This document shows positions 17,237 through 25,314 of a stretch of 53,095 bases of DNA, piece after piece (position 1 is the first letter of the stretch; each line of letters begins with the position of its first letter). The notes beneath the pieces are model-generated. The model worked only from the letters and a program-made list of their open reading frames with translations, searched no databases and had not been told where the DNA came from. Source of the stretch: an uncultured Candidatus Saccharibacteria bacterium (GTDB lineage: Bacteria > Patescibacteriota > Minisyncoccia > CAIUEV01 > JAHKAQ01). Where the stretch lies: assembly GCA_964618065.1 (NCBI GenBank), contig CAZTZK010000024.1, forward strand, positions 1-53,095, given 5' to 3'. The position numbers were made by a program, and so were the translations under genes.

Positions 17237-18316
17237 TTATGCAAGATAATATTCTTCACCATTTTTCTTAACCAAACCATCTAATTCCATTTCTGTCAAA
17301 TTGGATAATAAAACATTAGTTTCAAGTTTAGTCAAAAAAATTAACTTGTCAATTAAAATTGGTTGAGGAGATAAAAAATTTATTATTTTCTTTTGGATTT
17401 TATTCTGGGGTTCTTTATTTTTAATTTGAGAAATTCCCTTTTCCCCCTTATTGGAAAGAGGAATTTTAAATTCTTCTAAAATGTCTTCAATTGATGTAAT
17501 TAGTTTAGCTCCTTCTTTGATCAATTGGTGGCAACCTCTGGATGATGGGGAGAATATCTCTCCGGGAACAGCAAAAACTTCACGGTTTTGATCCAAAGCA
17601 TGATTAGCAGTAATAAAAGTGCCCGATCTTAGATTTGCTTCAATTACAACCACTCCATAACTTAAGCCACTTATAATTCTGTTTCGGGCATAAAAATTTT
17701 GTTTTAAAGTACTATAACCAGGGGGATATTCTGAAATTAAACCGCCCCTTTCAATTATATTTTGAGCTAATTTTTGGTTAGAGGCGGGGTAAACCTTATC
17801 TAACCCACATCCTAAAACAGCAAAAGTAGCTTGATTATTTTTTAAACAGATTTCATGAGATATGGTGTCAATTCCCAAAGCCATTCCAGAAACAATGCTA
17901 ATTCCTTTTAGAGCCAAATCTCCTGCTATTTTTTCTGCACAACGTTTTCCGTAGAAAGAAAACTTACGGCTACCAACAACAGCAATTAAGATTTCTCTGG
18001 GTTTTGGAAGACGCCCCAAATAATAAATAACTGGCGGGGGAGCGGGGATCTCTTTTAAAAGGGAAGGATACTTTTGGCTTTTAAAAGTCGTTATCTTAAT
18101 TTTATATTTTTTCAATTCACTCATTTTTTGGAGAGGATCTATCTTTTTTCTGGAAGCTATAAAATTTAGTGCCGTCTTTTGATCCAAGCCTGCTTGTAAC
18201 AGCTTTTTAAAATTAGCTTTCCAAGCTTCTTCCATTGTATTAAAATAACTATAAAGTTTTCTAAAACGGATAGGGCCAATGTAAGGTATATTATTTATGG
18301 CGTTCCAGTATTTCAT
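17237..18316 (-). CDS. dprA: DNA processing protein DprA (Smf)
   Basis: 359 aa. SAM-like N-terminus, core ...VVGSRK...VSGMALGIDTISHE...SGTFITANHALDQNREVFAVPG..., and a C-terminal winged-helix-like tail. The classical dprA-topA pairing is present. Confidence 0.9.
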   Translation of the reverse strand: MKYWNAINNIPYIGPIRFRKLYSYFNTMEEAWKANFKKLLQAGLDQKTALNFIASRKKIDPLQKMSELKKYKIKITTFKSQKYPSLLKEIPAPPPVIYYLGRLPKPREILIAVVGSRKFSFYGKRCAEKIAGDLALKGISIVSGMALGIDTISHEICLKNNQATFAVLGCGLDKVYPASNQKLAQNIIERGGLISEYPPGYSTLKQNFYARNRIISGLSYGVVVIEANLRSGTFITANHALDQNREVFAVPGEIFSPSSRGCHQLIKEGAKLITSIEDILEEFKIPLSNKGEKGISQIKNKEPQNKIQKKIINFLSPQPILIDKLIFLTKLETNVLLSNLTEMELDGLVKKNGEEYYLA

Positions 18317-18346
18317 AGATAATTGACAATGAATAATTATTATGTC

Positions 18347-18461
18347 ATTCCTGCGAAAGCAGGAATCCCGGTACGCCTAGGTAAGGCTTTATCAAGATAG
18401 ATTTTCCTAAATTTGCCTGCCTGCCGGCAGGCAGGCTCGGGATCCCCGTTTTCACGGGGAT
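18347..18461. repeat. Cluster of GC-rich perfect hairpins/palindromes in the dprA-argS divergent intergenic region
   Basis: ATTCCTGC-GAAA-GCAGGAAT (18347-18366). GCCT-AGGTA-AGGC (18375-18387). Perfect 22-nt palindrome GCCTGCCTGCCGGCAGGCAGGC (18415-18436). ATCCCCGT-TTTC-ACGGGGAT (18442-18461). All are sharply GC-rich relative to the flanks. Confidence 0.75.
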
Positions 18462-18498
18462 GACAAATCACTTTCTAACTCAATTATATCATTTCAGT

Positions 18499-20229
18499 AT
18501 GAAAAAAATCTTAAAAAAAATATTAAAAAATTTTCAAGAGGAAGAAAAACTAGATTTCAATTTTAAAGTAGATTATCCGGCAAATAAAGATTTTGGTCAT
18601 TATTCAACTAATTATGCTTTGGTCTTGGCTAAAATCAAAAGAGACAATCCTGAAAAATTAGCCCAAGAATTGGTTACGAAGCTGAAAAAGCAAAAAGAAT
18701 TTTCTGCTATTTTTAAAGCTCAGGTAGCTAAACCAGGTTTTATTAATTTTTGGCTAAAAGAAAAAGCCTTTTTAAAAACTCTAGCTGAGATTCTAGACTC
18801 TGGAAATAATTATGGTTGTTCCAGAATTCTTGCAAAGAGAAAAATTATGGTGGAATATGCTCAACCGAATCCTTTTAAAGCTTTTCATGTGGGTCATTTG
18901 AGAAATATTATTATTGGAGAATCCTTGGCTAGGGTTTTAGAAAACGCTGGGGCTAAGGTAATTAGAACTAACTATCAAGGGGATGTTGGTTTACATGTAG
19001 CTAAGTGTTTTTGGGGAATCAAAAATAAAAAAAATAAATTAGAGAAAAATCTAAAGAATATAAATGAAAAGGTGAGTTATTTAGCGGATTGTTACATCTT
19101 AGGAGCTAAAGCTTATCGGGAAAACGTTAAGGCTCAGAAAGAAATTCAGGAAATCAATCAGAAAATTTATGCCATGTCTGAGGACCTTAAAACAGAATGG
19201 GAAGAAAAAAAGAGATGGAGCTTGGATAAATTTGAAGAAATCTTTCAAAAGCTGGACGTTCATTTTGACCGTTATTATTTTGAATCAGAGATGTTTCAAG
19301 ACGGAATTAAAAAATGCCGGGAAGCCGAAAAGAAAGGAATTCTAATTAAAGATGATGATTGTTTAATTTTTGATGGAGAAAAATTCAATTTGAATAAAAG
19401 AGTCTTTATAAATAAAAAGGGTTTACCTACTTATGAAGGTAAAGAGTTGGCTTTAGCTTTCAAAGAATTTACTGATTTTGGCGAACTGGATAAAGCCATC
19501 CACATTGTGGCTAACGAGCAAATTAATTTCTTCCGAATAACTTTTTTAGTAGAAAAACTACTAGCGGAACAACTTTTTGACGATAAACAGTTCCATCTTT
19601 CTTATGGTTTAGTAAATTTAAAAGAAGGTAAAATGTCTTCCAGAGAGGGTAACGTTATTTTAGGTGAAGAAATAATCCAAAGGGCGGAGAATAAAATTAG
19701 AAAGTTGCTTGGGGGAAGAAGTAAAAGAAAAGCAGGAGAAATTGCCAATGCTGATAAGGTAGCAGTGGGGGCAATTAAATATTCCTTTCTAGCAATTAAT
19801 CCTGCAAAAAACATTAATTTTGATTTAGAGGAGAGTATTCGATTAGAAGGGCGTTCTGGTCCTTATGTAATTTATAGCTACGTCAGGGCGGTTAATTTAC
19901 TAAAAAAACTCTCAGGCGCAGGTTATATTTCAAGAGCTAGAGATTTCAAAGAGGGTTTTCTTTGCCAGGAAGGAAAAGAATTAATATATTGCTTGTCTAA
20001 ATTTCCCAATCTGACAAAGGAAGTAGCTAAAAATTATCAGTTGTCAATGCTTGCTGATTATTCCTACAGGCTAGCTAATATTTTCTCGGTTTTTTATGAT
20101 AAGTGTCCAGTTCTGAAACAAGAGGAAAAAGAATTACAGAAAATCCGCATTGGTTTAATTGGTGCCTTTAAAGAGACTATGGGAAAATGTCTTGACCTTT
20201 TAGGGATAGAGAGAGTAGAAAAAATGTAG
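18499..20229 (+). CDS. argS: Arginine--tRNA ligase
   Basis: HIGH motif FHVGHLRN, KMSKS-like GKMSSREG, DALR-type anticodon-binding C-terminus. The ORF track begins at 18460 inside hairpin 3 of the GC-rich element; ATG 18499 (MKKILKKILKNF...) is the more likely start. Confidence 0.93.
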   Translation: MKKILKKILKNFQEEEKLDFNFKVDYPANKDFGHYSTNYALVLAKIKRDNPEKLAQELVTKLKKQKEFSAIFKAQVAKPGFINFWLKEKAFLKTLAEILDSGNNYGCSRILAKRKIMVEYAQPNPFKAFHVGHLRNIIIGESLARVLENAGAKVIRTNYQGDVGLHVAKCFWGIKNKKNKLEKNLKNINEKVSYLADCYILGAKAYRENVKAQKEIQEINQKIYAMSEDLKTEWEEKKRWSLDKFEEIFQKLDVHFDRYYFESEMFQDGIKKCREAEKKGILIKDDDCLIFDGEKFNLNKRVFINKKGLPTYEGKELALAFKEFTDFGELDKAIHIVANEQINFFRITFLVEKLLAEQLFDDKQFHLSYGLVNLKEGKMSSREGNVILGEEIIQRAENKIRKLLGGRSKRKAGEIANADKVAVGAIKYSFLAINPAKNINFDLEESIRLEGRSGPYVIYSYVRAVNLLKKLSGAGYISRARDFKEGFLCQEGKELIYCLSKFPNLTKEVAKNYQLSMLADYSYRLANIFSVFYDKCPVLKQEEKELQKIRIGLIGAFKETMGKCLDLLGIERVEKM

Positions 20230-20253
20230 TTTTATTATTATTTTTTTCATTTC

Positions 20254-20973
20254 ATGTCCGGTCATTCAAAGTGGTCTACCATAAAGCATAAAAAGGCGGC
20301 CAGCGATTTTAAGAAAGCTAATGTTTTTACAAAGTTAGCAGGAGATATTGCCATAGCTGCTCGTGAAGGAGAAGATCCAAAAGCTAATTTCAAATTAAGG
20401 TTGGCCATTGAAAAAGCGAGAGAAGTGAATATGCCAAATAAAAGTATTGAAAAAGCTATTATGAGAGGAGCAGGAGAGCTAAAGGGAGAGTCTCAAGTAG
20501 AAGAAACTTTAGAGGCTTACGGTCCTGGTCAAATTGCTTTACTAATTAAAGCAATTATGGAAAATAAGAATAAGACGTTAGCGGAAATTAAAAACATTTT
20601 GAAAGATTGCGGAGGAAAATTTATAGGTGATAGAAGTATTGGTTGGCAATTTAAACCAGTAGGGATTATAGTGGTGACAGGAAAAAATTTAGATAAAGAA
20701 AATTTTGAAATGTCATTAATTGAAAACGGTGCGGAGGATTATCTTCAAGAATCGGCAAACCGGTATAAAATTTTTACACTTCCCGCAGATCTGAAAAGAG
20801 TAAGTGAAAGTCTGGCCCAAAGTTCAGTTGAGATTTTAAGAGAGGAGTTGGGTTATTTAGCTAAAGATCCTGTTGAGATAGATGAAAAAGCAAAAGCCGA
20901 TTGCAAAAAACTGATTAGCGAGTTAGAAGAGAATGAAAATGTAGTGGCTGTTTTTAGCAACATGAAAAATTAA
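20254..20973 (+). CDS. YebC/PmpR family DNA-binding transcriptional regulator
   Basis: 239 aa. MSGHSKWSTIKHKKAASDFKKANVFTKL... is the canonical YebC N-terminus. Confidence 0.9.
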   Translation: MSGHSKWSTIKHKKAASDFKKANVFTKLAGDIAIAAREGEDPKANFKLRLAIEKAREVNMPNKSIEKAIMRGAGELKGESQVEETLEAYGPGQIALLIKAIMENKNKTLAEIKNILKDCGGKFIGDRSIGWQFKPVGIIVVTGKNLDKENFEMSLIENGAEDYLQESANRYKIFTLPADLKRVSESLAQSSVEILREELGYLAKDPVEIDEKAKADCKKLISELEENENVVAVFSNMKN

Positions 20974-20995
20974 TTACGTAATTAATTACGTAATT
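20972..20995. repeat. Two abutting copies of the perfect 12-bp palindrome AATTACGTAATT
   Basis: AATTACGTAATT at 20972-20983 and again at 20984-20995. The 24-mer is itself a perfect palindrome. It overlaps the yebC stop codon and ends 6 nt before tRNA-Trp. Confidence 0.85.
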
Positions 20996-21001
20996 CTTAA
21001 T

Positions 21002-21073
21002 GGGGGTGTGGTGTCAATGGTAGCACGACGGTCTCCAAAACCGTCAGTTGGGGTTCGAATCCCTACACCCCTG
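21002..21073 (+). tRNA. tRNA-Trp (anticodon CCA), no encoded CCA end
   Basis: Acceptor GGGGGTG/CACCCCT (G1-U72 wobble). D arm GTGT-CAATGGTA-GCAC. Anticodon stem ACGGT/ACCGT with loop CTCCAAA. T arm TGGGG-TTCGAAT-CCCTA. Discriminator G. Confidence 0.9.
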
Positions 21074-21128
21074 CTAAAATTATGAAAAAAGAGTACTTTT
21101 ATCCAGTCTTTTAACTTTTTATTCTATC

Positions 21129-22508
21129 ATGTTCTGGAAATTAAATTTTGAAAAACCTCAGCCGGCTCAATCGGAATCCTTGGATGAAAAATGGTATAAG
21201 AAATTTGAAAAGTTTGGGTCTTTTCAGGTCTATGAGTATTTAGTGGGGGATAAGCAATATAGAGAAGAGCAGAAAAGAGAATTTATTAATGGTGAAATTG
21301 AAAATCCAGTCTTAGATTATCCAAAGATAGATCAAGAAAAATTGGCTAGAGATGAAAAAGAATTATTAGGATTAAAGAAAGATATTTTAGAAAAAGAAGA
21401 AAACGAAGTAATCAGAAAATTATATCGGTGGAAGATTAACGAAAAAATAGCCGAATTAAGAATGTTAAAGGCAGCTGGAACCGGAGATGACAAGAGATTT
21501 AGTCGGTATTCAGAATATATTTATGGAAAACCATCGCCGGAAGTATTCGCTTATACTATTAAGTCGTTGAAGAAAATTATTGCGGGGGATAAAAATTCTA
21601 ATGATCGTCAGGTAGCAAAAGCAGCAGAGGAATTGGATAGATTATTGCCTTTAGATTTCTCTAAGGATCCAATAAAAGAGTTGCCTAGTAAAGACAATGT
21701 TAATCGTGTTCGCACGGAAGTCTTACATGAAATGGGGGATTTATTAAACACTGGATTGTTAGTAAAAGAAGGAAAATATAGCGCGGAAGAGATACGCGAT
21801 GTGTTTCAAGGAGCATTAGAGAAATTGCAGGCAAAAGAGTGGCAAGTAATAGTTGATGTCAGTAGTAAGACAGGCATCAGTGTAGATCAAGAAAAAAAAT
21901 CAATAAAAATTCCAGAATCAAGGGAATTAACTCTCAATAAACTACAAAAATTGATTGCGCATGAAGTAGGAACTCATGTGGCCAAAAGAATTAAAGGTGA
22001 AAAAAGTCAGCTACATTTACTTGGGCTAGGGCTAGATCGTTACGAAAAAGGTGAAGAAGGTGTGGCTACAATGAGAGAGCAGGCACTTGACGACAAATTT
22101 AGTGATTTTTCTGGACTAACAGGACACTTGGCAATAAGTTTAGCTTATGGGCTAGATGGCAAACCGAGAAATTTTCGTGGAGTGTATGAAATATTAGAAA
22201 AATATTTTTATTTGAAAGAATTAAAAGAAGGCAAGCAATCAGAGGAATCTCTTGCTCTTGCTCAAAATAGTGCTTGGAATAAAACAGTTAGGACATTTAG
22301 GGGAACAAGTTGTAATACACCCGGTGTATGTTTCACAGAAGACATAGTTTACAGGGAGGGCAATATAGGGGTATGGAATGTTATTAAAAAGACTCCAGAT
22401 GAACTATTTAGATTTAGTGTTGGTAAATATGATCCTGCGAATTCAAGGCATATCTGGATCCTAAATCAGCTTGGAATATCTGAAGAAGACTTAAAGAGAG
22501 ATAAATAG
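21129..22508 (+). CDS. DUF1704 / QEGLA-motif (MATCAP-like) putative zinc metallocarboxypeptidase
   Basis: 459 aa. HExxH zinc motif IAHEVGTHV followed by YEKGEEGVATMREQ (a QEGLA-like motif). The family assignment is from memory of the motif pair and was not searched. Confidence 0.5.
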   Translation: MFWKLNFEKPQPAQSESLDEKWYKKFEKFGSFQVYEYLVGDKQYREEQKREFINGEIENPVLDYPKIDQEKLARDEKELLGLKKDILEKEENEVIRKLYRWKINEKIAELRMLKAAGTGDDKRFSRYSEYIYGKPSPEVFAYTIKSLKKIIAGDKNSNDRQVAKAAEELDRLLPLDFSKDPIKELPSKDNVNRVRTEVLHEMGDLLNTGLLVKEGKYSAEEIRDVFQGALEKLQAKEWQVIVDVSSKTGISVDQEKKSIKIPESRELTLNKLQKLIAHEVGTHVAKRIKGEKSQLHLLGLGLDRYEKGEEGVATMREQALDDKFSDFSGLTGHLAISLAYGLDGKPRNFRGVYEILEKYFYLKELKEGKQSEESLALAQNSAWNKTVRTFRGTSCNTPGVCFTEDIVYREGNIGVWNVIKKTPDELFRFSVGKYDPANSRHIWILNQLGISEEDLKRDK

Positions 22509-22547
22509 AGATAGGAAACTATATATTTTAGTTTAGTTTTAATTCTT

Positions 22548-23036
22548 ATGCGCCAAACTTCCCTCTGCTTTTTAATAAAAGGAAATAAAAAACAAATTCT
22601 TTTGGCTATGAAAAAAAGAGGTTTCGGTAAAGGAATGTGGAACGGTGTTGGTGGAAAACCTGATTCGGAGAAAGGAGATAAAAATATAGTGGATTGTGCC
22701 AAGCGAGAATCGGAAGAAGAAATAGGAGTAAGGATTAAAAGTTTGAAAAAAGTAGCAGTGATAGATTTTCTTTTTCCAGAAGTGCCGAAAGAAAAAGATT
22801 TTGATCAGCAGGTACATATATTTTTGGTAAGGCGTTGGAAGGGAGAACCAGTTGAAAGCGAAGAAATGCGACCAAGGTGGTTGAGTGTTGAGAAGTTACC
22901 CTTTAGCCGGATGTGGGATGATGATAAATATTGGCTGCCACATGTCTTGGTGGGTAAAAAAATAAGAGGTAAATTTATCTTTAATAAAAGAGCTAAAGTA
23001 ATTGAAAAAGATTTAAACTTTGTCAGCAAATTTTAA
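22548..23036 (+). CDS. MTH1/NUDT1-like Nudix hydrolase (oxidised purine nucleoside triphosphatase)
   Basis: 162 aa. [20 protein letters not shown], Nudix box [27 protein letters not shown], and [47 protein letters not shown] align segment by segment with human MTH1 as I recall it ([20 protein letters not shown] ... [47 protein letters not shown]). Confidence 0.85.
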   Translation: MRQTSLCFLIKGNKKQILLAMKKRGFGKGMWNGVGGKPDSEKGDKNIVDCAKRESEEEIGVRIKSLKKVAVIDFLFPEVPKEKDFDQQVHIFLVRRWKGEPVESEEMRPRWLSVEKLPFSRMWDDDKYWLPHVLVGKKIRGKFIFNKRAKVIEKDLNFVSKF

Positions 23037-23065
23037 TAATAGAACTAATAATTTTTTTCAAAAAG

Positions 23066-23740
23066 ATGATCAAAAAAATAAAAAACAACGGTCCGCCTCT
23101 TTTGGGAGACACTTTTCCGGAGATAGAAGTTCAAACAACTCGAGGGAAATTTAAATTGCCTAACCATTTTAAGGGAAAGTGGTTTATTCTCTTTAGTCAT
23201 CCGGCTGATTTTACTCCGGTTTGCACTACTGAATTTGTAGCTTTTCAAAAAAGGTATCAGAAGTTTAAAGCTATGGGTTGTGAGCTGATTGGGCTTAGCG
23301 TTGATCAAGTTTTTTCTCATTTAAAATGGGAAGAGTGGATTAAAGAAAATATCAAGCTGGAAATTCAATTTCCTATTATTGCGGACACAGGTTCAGTTTC
23401 TAAAAAGCTGGGCTTTATTCATCCCGGCAAAGGCACGAATACCGTTAGAGCGGTAATTGTTGTAGATCCCGGTGGAGTAATCAGAACCATGCTTTATTAT
23501 CCTCAAGAGCTAGGAAGAAATATGGACGAGATTTTAAGAATAGTGAAGTCTCTTCAATTCGCTGATAAAAATAAAGTAGCTATGCCAGCCAATTGGCCTC
23601 AAAATGAACTTATTAGAGATAGAGTTATCGTTCCCCCGGCAGCTGAAAATAAAATTGTAAAAAGCAGATTGAGAGAAGCTAAAGCTGGAAAGATAAAATG
23701 TTTTGATTGGTGGTTTTGCCATAAAAAAATTAAAAAATAA
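23066..23740 (+). CDS. Peroxiredoxin, Prx6-like subfamily with a C-terminal Cys-x5-Cys tail
   Basis: 224 aa. Peroxidatic site [15 protein letters not shown]-terminal [11 protein letters not shown], with two Cys six residues apart as in archaeal-type Prx. Confidence 0.9.
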   Translation: MIKKIKNNGPPLLGDTFPEIEVQTTRGKFKLPNHFKGKWFILFSHPADFTPVCTTEFVAFQKRYQKFKAMGCELIGLSVDQVFSHLKWEEWIKENIKLEIQFPIIADTGSVSKKLGFIHPGKGTNTVRAVIVVDPGGVIRTMLYYPQELGRNMDEILRIVKSLQFADKNKVAMPANWPQNELIRDRVIVPPAAENKIVKSRLREAKAGKIKCFDWWFCHKKIKK

Positions 23741-23796
23741 TTTTTTTGAAATTTAGAAATATTACTATTTGAATAATTTCTCATTTTTTTTGAGAT

Positions 23797-23835
23797 AAAA
23801 AAGAGATTTAATTTTAATCTCTTTTTTTATTTTTT
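23797..23835 (+). terminator. Rho-independent terminator after the peroxiredoxin gene
   Basis: AAAAAAGAGATT (23797-23808) pairs with AATCTCTTTTTT (23816-23827) around a 7-nt loop, and the stem continues into a T tract. Confidence 0.7.
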
Positions 23836-23849
23836 TATTTTAGAAAAAA

Positions 23850-23914
23850 GTGTTGACTTTTATTTTCCAGTGGATTAAAATGTACTTGTGTGTTAAGAAG
23901 TGGGATAAAGTGTA
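23850..23914 (+). promoter_or_regulatory. 10-bp-phased GTG(G/T)N direct-repeat array, putative MraZ operator
   Basis: GTGTT 23850, GTGGA 23870, (ATGTA 23880), GTGTT 23890, GTGGG 23900, GTGTA 23910. All start at coordinates ending in 0, and most are preceded by AA/AG. Confidence 0.55.
23853..23881 (+). promoter_or_regulatory. dcw-cluster promoter (Pmra-like)
   Basis: TTGACT (23853-23858), exact 17-nt spacer, TAAAAT (23876-23881), about 40 nt upstream of the mraZ ATG. Confidence 0.6.
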
Positions 23915-23922
23915 AAAATAAA

Positions 23923-24357
23923 ATGTTTATTGGAGAATACAAACATACTTTAGATGCAAAAAACAGGCTGGCAGTTCCTAGCAGATTAAGAAAAGATCTT
24001 GGGAAGAAAGCTGTTATCACAAGAGGTTTAGATAAATCTCTCTTACTTTATCCTATTGAATCTTGGCAAGAAATTGCTTTAAAACTAGGCAAGATGCCAA
24101 TAGGGGAAAGCGGTACCAGGGGGTTTGTCAGACTAATGCTTTCTGGCGCAACTGAAGTTAGCCTAGATAGTTTAGGTAGGATTCTAATTCCAGATTATTT
24201 AAAAAAATATGCTGGCTTGAAAAAAAATACAATTATTAACGGTTTATTTAATAGAATGGAAATCTGGGAAGCCAATCGCTGGAGAGGCTATAAACAAGAA
24301 ACGGAAAAAAATACGGCCAAGGTGGCAGAGAAATTGGGAGAATTAGGCATTTATTAA
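23923..24357 (+). CDS. mraZ: Transcriptional regulator MraZ
   Basis: MFIGEYKHTLDAKNRLAVPSRLRKDLG... plus a second SpoVT/AbrB-like repeat ...LDSLGRILIPDYLKKYAGL. The ORF track starts at 23890, but the canonical MraZ N-terminus begins at ATG 23923. Confidence 0.9.
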   Translation: MFIGEYKHTLDAKNRLAVPSRLRKDLGKKAVITRGLDKSLLLYPIESWQEIALKLGKMPIGESGTRGFVRLMLSGATEVSLDSLGRILIPDYLKKYAGLKKNTIINGLFNRMEIWEANRWRGYKQETEKNTAKVAEKLGELGIY

Positions 24358-25304
24358 TGATTCATCCTATGCCAATTCACAAGCCGGTCCTTTTAAAAGA
24401 AACAATAAAATTTTTAAATCCAGAAAAAGGAAAAATTTTTGTTGATTGTACTTTGGGAAGTGGAGGTCACGCTAAAGCAATTGCAAAAAAAATGAAAGCG
24501 GGGGGAAGAATTATTGGACTGGATATTGATAAAAATAATATTGAGAAATTTAAAAAACAAAAAAAAATTGAAGCAGTTCGAGCAAACTTTAAAGATATTA
24601 AGAAAGTTTTACTGGAGAAAGAAAAAGAAAGTGGTACTAAAATCGTTGGTGAAGTTAATGGAATTTTAGTTGATTTAGGCTTTTCTTCAGACCAATTAGA
24701 AAGAATACCCGGCTTGAGCTTTCAAAAAAATGGTTACCTTGATATGAGATTTAGCGAAGAAAGTGATCTTACAGCAGCTGATATTATTAACCGATTCTCT
24801 AAAGAAGAAATAGCTACAATTTTAAAAGAATATGGAGAGGAAAGGAAAGCTGAGCTGATTGCAGAAAAAATAATCCAGCAAAGGAAAATAGCTAAAATAG
24901 AGACCGTTTTTCAGTTAAAGGAGATTGTTCATAACTGTTATCCGAAAAATAGTAAAGTAAAAGGAATTGATGTGGCAACCAAGACTTTTATGGCTCTCAG
25001 AATTATGGTGAACGAGGAAATGAAAAATCTTGATAAATTTTTGGAGAATTCACTCGCTTGCTTGAAAAAAGGAGGAAAAATTGCCATAATTTCCTTTCAC
25101 TCTCTGGAAGATAGAAAAGTTAAAAATTTTTTTAAGAGAGAATCAAAAAAATGTATTTGTGACGAAGACCAAATTCAATGCACCTGTAATCATCAAAAAA
25201 CTTTAAAAATAATTACCAAGAAACCCATTACCCCACAGGAGGAAGAGAAAAAGAATAATCCCAGGTCTCGTAGCGCTAAATTAAGGGTAGCGGAAAAAAT
25301 TTAG
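24357..25304 (+). CDS. rsmH: 16S rRNA (cytosine1402-N4)-methyltransferase RsmH (MraW)
   Basis: 315 aa. HKPVLLKETIKFLNP, DCTLGSGGHAKAI, DLGFSSDQL, SFHSLEDRKVK, NPRSRSAKLRVAEK. TAATG overlap with mraZ. Confidence 0.95.
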   Translation: MIHPMPIHKPVLLKETIKFLNPEKGKIFVDCTLGSGGHAKAIAKKMKAGGRIIGLDIDKNNIEKFKKQKKIEAVRANFKDIKKVLLEKEKESGTKIVGEVNGILVDLGFSSDQLERIPGLSFQKNGYLDMRFSEESDLTAADIINRFSKEEIATILKEYGEERKAELIAEKIIQQRKIAKIETVFQLKEIVHNCYPKNSKVKGIDVATKTFMALRIMVNEEMKNLDKFLENSLACLKKGGKIAIISFHSLEDRKVKNFFKRESKKCICDEDQIQCTCNHQKTLKIITKKPITPQEEEKKNNPRSRSAKLRVAEKI

Positions 25305-25314
25305 ATATTTTTTT

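Noticed and set aside
18460-18498. N-terminal 13-codon extension of argS (MTNHFLTQLYHFS) from the ORF track
   Set aside because: The ATG at 18460 lies inside the third GC-rich hairpin of the intergenic element. The ArgRS-like sequence begins with MKKILKK at 18499.
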